From the NCBI RefSeq assembly GCF_009914755.1, contig NC_060941.1: a DNA stretch of 64,000 bases; one strand, written 5' to 3'. Positions within the stretch are counted from its first letter, which is position 1. Each line of letters begins with the position of its first letter. Of this stretch, positions 18,866 through 33,924 are shown in pieces. The notes under the pieces are model-generated. The model searched no databases, was not told where the DNA came from, and worked only from the letters and a program-made list of their open reading frames with translations. The stretch is from the human T2T-CHM13v2.0 reference genome, Homo sapiens. The translations under genes and the position numbers were made by a program.

Positions 18866-19354
18866 TAAGGCAGGGCAAGCGAGCTGTAAGATGGGGCTTA
18901 GTCCATGAGGGTTCTTGGTCTTGCCCAGGAAATAATTCAAAGGCAAGCAGGGGGTAGAAGAAAATGGCTTTGTTGAAGCAGCAGTGTTACAGTTGCGTGA
19001 CAGCTCCATGACTGCCCCTGCAGAGCAGGGCTGCCCCATAGGCAGTGTGCTGAGAGCTGCCACTCAGGGCAGGTTAGCAGACATATTTATACCCACTTTT
19101 AATTGCATGCAGATTAAGGGGCAGTTTATGCAGAAATGTCTAGGGAATGAGCAGTAACTTTTGGGTCATCAACATTGTCATAGAAAGAGGCGGTAATTCC
19201 CGGCTGTTGCCATGGCAATGGGAACCTGACATAGCACACTGGTGGCCATGTCTGACTGGAAAGCTGCTTCTGCACTGGTCTGGTTTTAGCTAGTCCTCAA
19301 TCTGTTCCAGTGTCTGAGCCCCACCTCTGGAGTCAGGTCCCACCTCCTACCTCA
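18866..19354 (-). mobile_element. ERV1-class solo LTR (MER83/MER50-like)
   Basis: Minus strand begins TGAGGTAGGAGGTGGGAC; contains gaggactagctaaaac, a TATAAAT box and an RFX-like GTTGCCATGGCAAT (19206-19219). Confidence 0.75.
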
Positions 19355-19537
19355 TTATGTTCAAACTTACCAGGAGGAAAAAGACCCAGTCTCTTTTATG
19401 CAGGTACTGATGACCTAGAGAAGAGAGACACAAACACAAGTAGCTATAATGTAAGAGGGAGGTCAAGGGTTGCCGCCCACAAGGAGATGAGGTCACAGGG
19501 GATGCGATGCTGGTGAGAGGTGAGCCAGGGCTGCTCA

Positions 19538-19900
<363 letters not shown>

Positions 19901-20579
19901 AGAAGAATGGGAGCTGGAACCTGGGGAGGCGACAGGGAACAGTGTCAGTTGGGAATCCCCCATGGGCAGGAGCTCAGGGCATCTCTTCCCATCCGTGAAT
20001 GGGCCAGAGGAGCAGAGACACAGGTGAAGCCGTGGGAGACTGCCCCCTGAGGGAGGTGTGGCAGACATTGCAGGGGATCCAAATTCATTCCAAGAAGAGG
20101 ATCCATGGCACTCTGCAGGGGAAACTGAAGGATGTGTCAGGCGCCTGTCCACTCAGAAGGAAAGGGCTTAGAAAGGGGCAGACAGGAGGCCTGGATGGGG
20201 AGGGTGGAAGAGGACAAAGATGGACAGCGGGCAAGGGGATCTCAGAATCAAAACCAGAGGGCCGCATCTGCTGCCTAGGCGTCACACAAAGCCTCTGCAG
20301 AGCCTGCAGCGTGAGGGCAATGTGCGTTTGCTGCGTCTGTTGCCATGTGCCCATGTGTGCATCTGTGACACGTCCCCAGTCATGCGTTTGCTGCAGACCC
20401 AGCCAGTGTGCATTCCCTGCCCTCTCAGAGCTCATGTTCCACTTGGGGAGAGAAACAACAAGCAAACGGACATGCTGAATGAAGAAAAGGAAGCAGGGTG
20501 TGGGGAGGGTAGTGGGAAGGGTGCGCAGAGAGGAGGATGGGTTACGAGCCTACATTCAAGGAACTGAAGAAAGGTCTCC

Positions 20580-20859
20580 TAGCTGAGCAAGATGGCTCAT
20601 GCCTGCAATCCCAGCACTTTGGGAGGCCAAGGTGGGCAGACTGCTTGAGCCCAGGAGTTTGAGACCAGCCTAAGCAACATGGTGAAACCTCATCTCTATA
20701 AAACATATTTTAAAAATTAGCCAGGCGTGGTGGCATGCAGCTGTAGCCCCAGCCACTTGGTAGGCTAAGGTGGGAGGATAGCTTGAGCCTGGGAAGCTGA
20801 GGCTACAGTGAGCTGTGATGGCACCACTAAACCTGTCTCAAAAAAAAAAAGAAAAAAAG

Positions 20860-20890
<31 letters not shown>

Positions 20891-20900
20891 GAAAGAAAAG
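20580..20900 (+). mobile_element. AluJ with a short 3' deletion and GAAAA tail
   Basis: gcaccact|aaacctgtctc lacks gcactccagcctgggc. Confidence 0.88.
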
Positions 20901-22676
20901 AAAGGAGAAAAGGTTTATTTTCTCCTGGAAGGAGTAACCCCTGAGAGGCTGGCTTTTTTGAGTCTCCTTTCACCCTCCCTGGGAATGTGGGCTCCAGCAG
21001 GTGCACCCCACCGATCCCCCCTCCCCCAGGCTGCTGTCGAAGGGCCACAAGGGAGTAGCTGGCTTTGATGGTGTTCCTGTGGTCTGATCCTCTGGGTTTT
21101 ATCTGAGCCTGGTCCCAGCAGGTGGCTGTGGGGCCCAGCAGGGCCACCTGAACCCCACTGAGAATGCATTCTCTGATCTTCTCTTTCTTGGCTGTGGAGA
21201 ACAGAAGTTGAAGGAAGATTGCAGCTTTGGAAAAAGGCAACCTCAGGAAGCAAAGTTCATTCTCAGTTCCAACCTGGGAGAGGCACAGAGACCCCACAGT
21301 TCTCCCTCTGGGAACAGCAGGCCCCAGCCTGACGCAGGTCCTCTCCAGTCGGACACCACCACCATGATCCCAGCTGGTCCTCAGAGGGGCTGCTGGCCTC
21401 CAAAGCCTGCTTCCAACACTGCAGGGTGCAGTCATTTCTTTCTTGTCCATCAACATCCCCCTTCCTGCGTGAGAGTCCACCCACAGACTTCTCCCATCCA
21501 GAAGCAGCTTTACGGGTTTTTTAGGGGCCTATTGCCTGCCCTCCAGCGCCAGGAGTCTCTACCCCTGGGATCAGGAAATGGGGGCTGCGGGCAGGGTTAC
21601 AGGGAGGAGTCACTTCCTGGCTGCAGGTATTGAGGCCAGAAGGATGCCAGCCCTGGGTAATGCCCAAGTGCCAGTCTCCCTCCTTCCTCCTTGGCCCCCA
21701 CACCCCTCTTTCTGAGAGCGGAGGTCTTGCACTTGAACTTGGGAATGTGTCATTCCCCAAGACCCCCACACAGGGCCACCAGGACCTTGCCCTCCTTCTC
21801 CAGACCCCAAAGCTGGTTTCTCCTCCCTCTTCCTTGCTGTGCCCATCCTTCTTCCTCTCCCAGGGTCCCCACATCTCCCAGATCTTCCAAAGCCCCGAAC
21901 TGCTCCGTAGAATCAGGTGTTCAGTTTTTCTCCTCCACTGAAATCAGGCAGCCATCAGCTACTCCTGCACTGAAGGTGGCGTTTGGGGCAAGGTGAGAGA
22001 CCTGCCAGGGGAGGCAGTGGGCAGTGCGCTGCACTGTGGTCAGCAGCTGCGGGAACGGGGATTCCTGAGCAAAGGGCTGGCACCTTGCAGTCCTCAGCCA
22101 GACCCCCAGGCCCACCTGCCCCTCGACCGAGGCCAGACTCCCTGCAGGGCTGTGGCCCACACTCCCTTCCCCGGGGCCCGGCCAGGATCCTTTCTGCTTG
22201 TCCATGGCAGGCTGGGACTCACCCAAGGCTGTGTGTCCAGGAGGCCACTGAGCCTCCTGATGTCCACCGAGGAGTCCATGTGACCAGTGACAGGCACAGC
22301 CCCAAGCATGGGCCACAAACACATCACCAGGGCAGCAGGAGGGAGCCGGAGGCCAGCGCATCACATTTTTAAAAAGAACGTTCTGGCCCTAGGACTGGCT
22401 CCCCTGTCTGGAGGCTTTTCCACTCGCCTCTCTGTTCTCGGTCTCCTGCCCTTCTCTCTACCACTCCCAGCCTCCTTCCTGAAGCAAAGGGAGGGCCCCA
22501 GGGTGAAGAGTGAAGTCCCTTGCCTTGCCTCAGTCTCCCTTTTTGTGAAATAAACAATCCTATGACCCAGAATGAATAAAGGGCTTTGAATATACCCATT
22601 TCCTAGTCTCTGGATTTGAATCCTCCCAACCTAGGATTCCTCTGCTAGAGAGAAGGCCTGACTCGGCTCCCCAAAA

Positions 22677-22920
22677 CCTCCCCCCAACCCAGCTCTGCCT
22701 CAAGCCTCCCGCTACCTCCATTCCAGCTCCCTTCGTCCCAGCTTCCCCCCTGCAGCTCCCCAGGCCCCAGTTCTGCCCCTACCCCACCTCCCCCAGCCCC
22801 ACCTTCCCCACCCAGCTCCAACCTGCCCTGCCCCACAAGCTCCCCCTCCCCAACTCTCTCCCCCTCCCACCCCAGCCCTACCTCCCTGCCCCGCCCATCC
22901 CTACTTTGCCTTCCCCGCCT
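22677..22920. repeat. C-rich low-complexity tract with recurring CCCAGCTC units
   Basis: Read directly; many C3-C6 runs. Confidence 0.85.
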
Positions 22921-23984
22921 GATGAAGCCTCCCCTTCTGCCATCCCTCAGCTGTGGCCTGGCATGGAGATGTAATTACTGCATTAGCCCAGTGGCCTGAA
23001 GAAAGACTGGGGTTGGGAGCGGGGTGGGCTGAGAACTGGGGGAGAGGAAGGTTCTTTATTAAATGCAGATGTTTTTAAATCACTGTAATTAACTGGGATG
23101 GATACCACGAATCACAGGCATAAAAGCTAAATGGGCTTTTGTTTTAACTGTTTGTCATATATTTAAAAGGGTCATCAGAGAATATAGTACATGGAGAGGT
23201 TCTTGCTCTCTTCCTGCTTGCTTTTGCCTGGCAAAGGCTTTCTTCGGACACGTTGGTGAACACGCACGTGCCCATGCACACACACGCCTCCATCCATCCC
23301 CTCCTCTCTTTCTGAGTCTCTCTCACATCCACACACATCCACACTGCACACACACCCTCCGTTCTCTCACACACACACTCAGTGGGGCTGGCCTGGATAG
23401 GTCTTGGCTGCAAAGGAGTGGGTATCCACCAAGGCAGCTGTGGAAGAATCAAGTTCCCCGCCTTGGGAAGTTTCCTCGGAGGCCCGGGGGACGTCCTTCC
23501 CCAGCGGCTTCAGGAAGCACCGGCGGCTTCTCAGCGGACACACGCACAGACCCAAGCTCAGATACAAGAGGCATATCCGCGGAGACTTGCTGCCCCAACT
23601 CCTTCCTTGTTTCACTAAACAAGCTAGAGATAGACACACCTCCCTGTGGGCCAGACTCCCCGCTTCTCCCCGGGAATGTGGAATGTGGAGCCACTGTTCT
23701 ACTTGGGCAAGCACTGTTTTTCCCAGGTCAAAGGCAGCAGGGAAGAGGCGGGTCCAGGCCCTGAGGGGTGGGCTGGGTGCTGAGAGGCTTTGAAGGGCCC
23801 CTCTGGCCAAACACTTCCACCTGCACCTCTTCTGGGGCCTGTCCCCAAAATACTTGAGCGAAGACAGGGCCTGCAGCCCATGCACGGCACGTGGCAGAGA
23901 GAAAGTGAATCGCACAAGCAGTGTGCATTGAAGGTCACAAAAGAGCATACCTTGACACAGCCTTGTGCACTAGTATTTTCTATT

Positions 23985-24314
23985 CTATTTTTCTTTTCTT
24001 TTCTTTCCTTTTTTTTTTTTTTAAGACAGAGTCTCACTCTGTTGCCCAGGCTGGAGTGCAACGGCACGATCTCAGCTCACCGCAACCTCTGCCTCCCAGG
24101 TTCAAGCGATTCTCCCTGCCTCAGCCTCCCGAGTAGCTGGGATTACAGGCGCCCGCCACCACACCCAGCTAAGGTTTGCATTTTTAGTAAAGACAGGGTT
24201 TTGCCTTGTTGGACAGGCTGGTCTCGAACTCCTGACCTCAGGTGATCTGCCCACATCAGTCTCCCAAAGTGCTGGGATTACAGGCGTGAGCCACCGTGCC
24301 CGGCCTAGGTTTTA

Positions 24315-24364
<50 letters not shown>

Positions 24365-24646
24365 GAGACAGAGTTTTGCTCTGTCACCCAGGCTGGAGTG
24401 CAGTGGCATGATCATGGGTCAATATAGCCTCAACCTCTCAGCCTCAAGTGATCCTCCCACCTCAGCCTCCCAAGTAGCTGGGACACCAAGCACACATCAC
24501 CACGTCTAGCTAATTTTTTAATGTTTTTGTAGATACAGGGTCTCACTGTGTTGCTCAGGTTGGTCTTGAACTTCCGGGCTCAAGTGATCCTCCACCTCAG
24601 CCTCCCAAAGGGCTGAGATTACAGGTGTGAGCCACCGAACCTGGCC
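23985..24646 (-). mobile_element. Two tandem antisense Alus (AluS 23985-24306; AluJ 24338-24646) separated by (TA)n-T tract
   Basis: Two antisense dimers; tatatata...ttttt at 24313-24364. Confidence 0.92.
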
Positions 24647-24810
24647 AACATTATCTTTTCTATACTATTCTAATTCTAGTTTTCACAACCCACAACCCGG
24701 ATTTTGAAACCTGGTGGGTGTCCTTCAGCAGTTTGAAAAACACAGCTCCTGCTCTTCTGTGACGCAGGCTTCAGAAAGCTCTCTAGGCCCAGGTGCCAGC
24801 TCTGCTCTCA

Positions 24811-25197
<387 letters not shown>

Positions 25198-25650
25198 TTA
25201 TCCTTCCTTTCTCACCACCCAAAACACACATGGAAGAGAGTATCTTACCTTAGCTTTGACCTGCCACGCCATCCTTTCTTCTGGTCTCCTCTCCTGCTCA
25301 CCTTCTGTCCTGGCACCACTAAGTCCATCTCCTTCCTCGCAGTTTCCTTCCAGTTTTTGAAACTCTTGAAAAGCCTCGTTAGAACATGACCTGAGTCTCC
25401 ACCACTTTGAGAGCTCACAGGAAAGAAATCCAACTTCTTTCAATATGAAGAATCCAGCTGCATGTCTGAAGCTCAACTTGACATTCAACTGTCCTACTTC
25501 TAGCCAGCAAAGACATACTCTCAACTTGTAGAAAGGGTTTTTCAGGAAAGAGAGGAGCTGAGTGCTTATTGAGCAGTTACTATACACCCAGCACTCTCCT
25601 TGGAGTTCTAGTGGACATTATCTTTTTCACTGCTCTCGAGAACCTTATGA

Positions 25651-25955
25651 AAGCCAGGGCATAGTGGCTCATGCCTATGATCTCAGCACTTTGGGAGGCC
25701 AAGGCCAGAGGATTGCTTGAGCCCAGGAGTTCAAGACCAGGCTGGGCAACATACTGAGACTTCCTATCTCTACAAAAAATTTTAAAAATTAGCTGGGCGT
25801 GGTGGCACACGCCTGTGGCCCCAGCTACAGGGGAGGCTGAGGCAGGAGGATCACTTGAGCCCAGGAGTCTGAGGCTGCAGTAAGCTATGATCATGCCACT
25901 GCACTTCAGCCTAGGCGACAAAATGCGACCCTGTCTCAAAGGAAAAAAAAAAAAC
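25651..25955 (+). mobile_element. AluJ within a MIR relic
   Basis: Diverged dimer plus A-tail. Confidence 0.9.
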
Positions 25956-26441
25956 ACAAAACTTTACAAAACAGGACCTTATTACGACTCAGAAAAGGGA
26001 AGTGAGTTACCTAAGGCTTAGGGGCATCTATGGCATGGAGTTGGGTGGAGAGTGAGGAGAATTACGCCTTGGCCTGAGCATAACAAAGTCAAGTTTTTTC
26101 TGTTAGGGAGAATGCTTCCCTGGGGGGTGATCAGATGGCAGAACAGGTCTTCAGGCAAACAGGGATTGTTTTGCTAAATGAACGTGAACCAGTCTTTCCC
26201 AAAGCTTCCCACACATCCCTCCCACCCAGCTGTAAATTTCCAAGCTGAAGCCAACTGTTCTTAGTGTACCCTAGAACCAAACATGGGAAGGGTGGAGAGG
26301 AAGGAAAGGAAGAAGCGGTGCAGGGAAGAAAGCAGAGAAGTGGTGAGAAAGAGAAAAAGAGTAAGACAGAGGCAAAAATAGACAAAGAAAAAACAGTCAT
26401 ACCTTTTAATACATTTTCTCCATTTGAAAATAAACATTTTT

Positions 26442-26825
<384 letters not shown>

Positions 26826-27558
26826 TTACAACAGGGCGAATTGGAATGGAGGGAAAAACAGTAGTTGAAGATCATCCCTGTGGCTCCCAAGATGAAAGTT
26901 ACTGGGGTGGCCTGAACTTCCCAGTGTGGCTCGAAGGTGTGTGTGGATTTTTCTTGTTTGCTATACGAAGGTTTCAACATAATCTGGTGACCATACTTTT
27001 AACCACACTGATTTATGGGGAAAGATGCTCTGGGGCCACAATTCTATTTCTATTTGCACAGCCTTATGTATTGATTTTCAGACGTATGCTCTCAGCAGAA
27101 AAAAAAATATTTTTTTTGCAGTAGCAATTAACCTAATAAACCACCTTTTCATCGTTCTGCATGTAGATTAACCACTTCAGAGAATACCAGATCAACACCG
27201 TGTTTTGCATGCCTGCACCTTCGGAGAGGAAGCTGTTATTTCAGAAGCCAGGCAGAACAAAGGGAGTCATCTGGTGCGATCCTAGTAATTAGAGAGAAGA
27301 GGCCCCTCAGGTGACTGCTGAGAAAGCTCCCTTAATTTGACCCTGTTTCACACAGTCCAATTTTCAATAAAAAGAGACACTTCAGCACTGTCCTTTAGGA
27401 AATCGCCTGGGAGTCCATAATCCCTCAGTCTTCCTGGGGGTTATTCTGTCTAAAGTCCTCCCTTCCGATCTGTTTGCGTCAAACCAGCCATCCCTCTTCC
27501 CGCTTCGGTATTTACCCAGGGACGTTTCCAGGGCCCAGGCCTCCGTGCCCGGTGGCAA

Positions 27559-28331
27559 TGTTGACAAAAAACAGTCAAACTCTGTAAAATATTTGAAGAG
27601 ATTTATTCTGAGCCAAATATGAGTGACGATGGCCCGTGACACAGCCCTCAGGAGGTCCTGAGAACATTTGCCCATGGTGGTCAGGGTGCAGCTTGGTTTT
27701 ATACACTTAGGAAGGCATGAGACATCAATCAAATACATTTAAGAAATACATTGGTTTGGTTCAGAAAGGTGGGACAACTCAAAGTGGGGCAGGGCGGGGG
27801 AGGGGGAGGTGGTGGGGGGTGGGGCCGAGGGGGTTCAGGCGATCGGTAAATGTAAACATTTTCCGGTTGACAATTGGTTGAGTTTATCTGAAGACCTGGG
27901 GTAAAGGAAATGCTCAGGTTAAGATAAAGGATTGTGGAGACCAAGTTTTATTGTGCAGAGGAATGTCTCAGCAGACTTTAGAGAGAGAGCAGGTTGTAAA
28001 ATGTTTCTTATCAGGCTAGTTGATTATCTCCTGGATCTGGAAAGGAGAGAAGGAAACAAAGGGGAAACGAGATTCTCTATAGGATGTGGATTTTTCCCAC
28101 AAGAGACTTTGCAGGGCAATTTTAAGGTATGGCAAGGAAATATATTTTGGGGTAAAACATTTTGATTTTCTTCCTTGTTATGCCACAGTCAGATTGGAAA
28201 GTAAGTCACAATATACAGGGTCAAATAAAACCCATCTGATGAGAATTTATGGTTTGTAGGGCATGACTCCCCAGACCCCTTAGATAGGAATTTGGGCAAG
28301 ATAAAAAAAAAAAATCAGAGTTTAGTCCTCA
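27559..28331 (-). mobile_element. MER4E-like ERV1 solo LTR
   Basis: Minus strand TGAGGACTAAACTCTGA...GTCAACA; 4-bp TSD GCAA at 27555-27558 and 28332-28335. Confidence 0.88.
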
Positions 28332-29509
28332 GCAATTATCAGCCAAGTGTGGAGGCTTCTTTCTCCTTTGGTTGGCACCACCCTTATCATTAGCACTGAT
28401 GATTTGCTTGAGCTTGCTTCTCTTTCTCACCGTCAGTGGGAATCCAAAGCAGTATCTGATGGTTTGTTTATTATTTCCTTCAATGAAATACATTTGATTG
28501 TAGAAGTAGAAAAAGTAGAAAGTAGAAGAAGTAGAAAAAAATATATATGCCAGCTCCTCACCCCAAACTCCCCTCCCCTGCCCAACTCCGATATACTCAG
28601 GATATATGCTTTGAATCTGAAACAGCCCAAATGCACTGGCATGTTTTCTCTCCAGGTACTTTGGGTTCCAGGTTTGTTTTTTGTCCCCAGATTTCCCTCT
28701 TTGACGTTTCACCTCCTGGTAGCCCAGAACAGCAAGAGCGGCTGCGTCAAATGCAATCTTCCTTCTGGCAGAATTCTCTTCCAATGGACCATAAAATGTT
28801 CCACCCCGGTCCCCAGGAAGCCTGGGCATTTCTGGATAGCCACGATCCTGCCTTCAGTGCGTCCTCCTTCCCACGTGCCAGCATTTCCCACACAGACCTC
28901 TGCAGGCACACGGTCCTGGGTACCAAGAAGCACATCAAGGATTCAGGGCCTAGCTGCCCACAGCTCTGACACATGCTGCACCAGGACAGGATGGCTCTTC
29001 AGGTGAGCAGGTGGGCGGAGTTCACTCTGGCCCACCTGCCCATCCACGGCCTGGTCCTGCCTGCCATGCCGGCCTCACCTGAGTTGCTCCTTACTTCACA
29101 CCGAATCCCCTGCGTGCACCGAGAGGCTCACAGCTTCCTGCCTTTGACCCACTCCGCTCGTGCAAGGCTTAGCTCAGGTATCTCTTCCTCCAGGAAACCT
29201 CCCAGGGTCCACGCTCAGCTCCTGGTCCCCCTGGAGACCCCAGTACCCACCCCACACTCATCGGAAGTTACCTGCTTGTCTATCTGTGCCCCTGACAAGA
29301 CAGAAGGCTCTCCAAAGGTAGTGTATTGGAAAAGACTCCTTCAGCTACAAATGACATAAACCCAACCCAATGGGATTAAGCACAAGAAAAATGTGCTGGC
29401 TTCAGAGGCTGAAGGTTGGGCTGGCTTCCGATGGGGCTTGATGCTGGGGCTCCAGCCACATCCTCAGGACTTGTTTCTGTCGCCTCTTTGCTTAGCTTCA
29501 TCAGCGTCA

Positions 29510-29835
<326 letters not shown>

Positions 29836-29962
29836 CTAAAATAATAGAAGAGAGTCTTGTTGGGCCTGGGTGGCTTGGCTTGCATCAGATAACTATCTCA
29901 AAACCAAGCCTGTGGCTGGGAGGATGCAATGGGTTAATTGAATCCAGGAGTTCACTGGAACC

Positions 29963-29963
<1 letters not shown>

Positions 29964-30003
<40 letters not shown>
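29964..30003. repeat. (ATA)n trinucleotide microsatellite
   Basis: ataataataata... Confidence 0.95.
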
Positions 30004-30706
30004 GCTAATTATTAGTCATCTAAAGTAGAGAGTGGGTCCTTAAACAAAACTTGAGGTAACTATTATCATAAGAAGGTGCAGTAGAACTGAGCCACAAAAT
30101 CACCAAAGCCAGCTGCTGGAGGCACTTCGCTTAACTATCTTGTCGGGGCGCAGGCCTAGGGTGCTGATGCAGGCTTCACACCCAATGCACTCTTGCTGAC
30201 TTGAGCTGAAAGGAGGGAAGCAGCAAGGCAGCCACTGAGGCAAATTCCTGGGAGCCCTCTGACACCCATGCAGCATGCCAGGCAGCTGTAGACTTCTACG
30301 CCCTTTCATAACCTCAGGTAACTCATCCTCCTGTGTGTCTAGAGAAAGCTTTGCTGAAAGCCCCAACTGCCCAGCAGTCAGGGACACATGTCACTCCCTG
30401 AAGAGGAAACAAGGGAGATGCTGCAGGAGGCAGCTGGTCCCCGTTCCCGGCCCCCCAACTCCCTGGGAACAACTTCCTTGAAGGCCACCTGGATTTTCTG
30501 AGTGAGTTATTAAATCTTAAGCTGGAACGAAGAAGATACTCCAATACTGTTATTAGCCACTTTCATCAACTCTACCAACTACTAATTAAAATGCCTGCTG
30601 TTAAAGTTTATACTTTACTAAATGAAAACCAGGATGCAGCATATCAGCTATACTGTAAAAGTAATACTTGCTTGGTATGGAATATATTGAGAATATAAAA
30701 AATTAT

Positions 30707-31019
30707 GGCAGGGGACGGTGGCTCACGCCTGTAATCCCAGCACTTGGGGAGGCCGAGGCAGATGGATCACTTGAGTTCAGGAATTCGAGATCAGCCTGGG
30801 CAACATAGTGAAACTCTGTCTCTACAAAAAATACAAAAATTAGCTGGGTGTGGTGGCACACGCCTGTGGTACCAGCTCCTCAGGAGGCTGAAGTGGGAGG
30901 ATCACCTGAGCCTGCGATGCTGAGACTGCAGTAAGCAGTGATGGAGCCACTGCACTCCAGGCTGGGCGACAGAGGGAGACTCTGATTCAAAAAAAAAAAA
31001 AAAGAAAAAGAAAAGAAAA
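30707..31019 (+). mobile_element. AluJ
   Basis: Dimer; ATAAAAAATTAT and ATAAAGAAATTAT flanks. Confidence 0.9.
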
Positions 31020-31034
31020 ATAAAGAAATTATGA

Positions 31035-31385
31035 AAAATATGCACCCATAAAAAGGAAAAAGATCATGTCCTTTGCAGGGTCATGGATGGAGTTAGAAGC
31101 CATTATCCTCAGCAAACTAACGCAGGAATAGAAAACCAAACACTGCATGTTCTCACTTATAAGTGGGAGCTGAACAATGTGAACATGAAGACACAGGGAG
31201 GGGAACAACACACATGGTCTGGGTGGGGGGGGCAGGATGGAAGGAGAGCATCAGGAAAAATAGCTAACACATGCTGGGCTGAATACCTAGCTGATGGGTT
31301 GATAGGGGCAGCAACTCACACGTTTACGTGTGTAACAAACCTGCACATCCTGCACATGTACCTCGAACTAAAAATTAGAAAATAA
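31035..31385 (+). mobile_element. L1 3' end (old L1PA/L1PB-type)
   Basis: ataaaaagg..atcatgtcctttgcaggg..ttctcacttataagtgggagct..aaacctgcacatcctgcacatgtacc. Confidence 0.9.
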
Positions 31386-31488
31386 AAAGAAATTGTAAAA
31401 AGTAAAAACAGTTACCAATAATCTCACCATCCAAAAACAACAACTAATAACATTTTGGGGGGTACTTTTCTTCTTCCAGTCTTTTTCT

Positions 31489-31797
31489 TTTCTTTCTTTC
31501 TTTTTTTTTTTTTTTTTGAGACAAAGTCTTGCTCTGTCGCCCAGGCTGGAGTGTAGCGGTGCCATCTCAACTCACTGAAACCTCCGCCTCACAGGTTCAA
31601 GCAATTCTTCTGCCTCAGCATCCCGAGTAGCTGGGATTACAGGCGCCCACCACCACGCCTGGCTAATTTTTGTATTTTTAGTAGATACGGAATTTCACCA
31701 TGTTGGCCACGCTGGTCTCAAACTCCTGACCTTGTGATCCACCCACCTCAGCCACCCGAAGTGCTGTGATTACAGGTGTGAGCCACTGCGCCCGGCC
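31489..31797 (-). mobile_element. AluS
   Basis: TSD CTTCCAGTCTTTTTCT at 31473-31488 and 31798-31813. Confidence 0.94.
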
Positions 31798-33089
31798 CTT
31801 CCAGTCTTTTTCTAGATGTAGATGATGCAGATTTTTGGTAGCAGTGGTCATATTATCTGTATGTTTGATGTCTCGCTTTTTCCTCTCTGAATGCTTTACT
31901 TTTATCAGTTAACTTACAGCTTTTGTAAACATGTAATAGCTGTGTAATAGTACATTGAGATGATATATATTAATCTATTTAAGCACTTTATAATAGGCTG
32001 CTTTTAAATATGTGCTATTATACAAATGCAACCCGAAGTATTTTAAAAGTTTGAATTGGGCATAAGATGTATTTTGAAGTGGATGACAAATCTGACCTCA
32101 GACAACCATCACTGTGATCTTGATTTCCAGAGACTTCCTGAGTCTAGCTTCTCTCGCCTCTCCTTCGAACTGTGAGAAATAGAGGACATTTCGCCTGGCA
32201 TTCTGAATGCCTCCAGCTTCAACTAGGGACTCGTACGGGGCTCTCTGGTGACGAATTCATCACGGGGATGTGACTGCCCTCCTAAAATTCTCTTCGGGGA
32301 ACAATTCTCTGAGGTTTCATGTGGTGCCTAATTGACAACTTTCTGTAATGGGCTGGGATGATAACTCTTTCTTTAAGCCACAGATGATGATTAATGGAGT
32401 TCCAATAGGACAAGGTCCTCACTTTATTCTCACCTTCATTATTTTAATCTCTCTCTAAATGATTGGCTAATGGATCTGGATTGCTATAAGGTTCTGCGAA
32501 TGGTGGATGGGTGTCTATAAATCCCTCAAAATCACTAGAGGTCCCCACCACTTGATTAAGGGGGTCGCCTCACCCCCAGGCTCAGGAGGGGGAGTATAAC
32601 TGGCAGAAGTATGCATTAGACATGACTCTGGAGTGGCCAGATGACTTCGGCCTCCCCGAATGGCTGAATGGTGCCATCAAATTATATTTGCTCCTTGTGG
32701 GTAGGGATAAAGAGCAAAGGGTGAAATGGCAACTTGGAGGCCATCAAGAATGCAGAGGGTGGTGAGGAATCATTCATTAAGGTGTCACTCAGTGCATCCA
32801 GTCACTTAGCAATACTCTGAGCCAGCTGGTCTGTGCCAAGCACGGTGCAGGCATCGGGAAATCAACATCACCGGAATGGTCCCGGGTCTCACAGCCTCAT
32901 TGTGGGAGGAAACAGCTACGATCTGGCAATAACCCTAGTGATAAAACTGCTGTTAAAGACATGTAAACTAACAGGGCCAACTTGCAGGGCCGACTTCATG
33001 TGTGGGTGTGTGACCTGTGTCATGCCACAGGGCCCGCAGGTAGAGAGACCTCTTGCTTGGTTTAACGTTCTGCTGGTGGGTTTTATTAC

Positions 33090-33924
<835 letters not shown>

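Noticed and set aside
28347-29006. 219-aa ORF next to the MER4E LTR
   Set aside because: GTG start, no recognisable protein family, no poly(A)/TSD of a processed pseudogene
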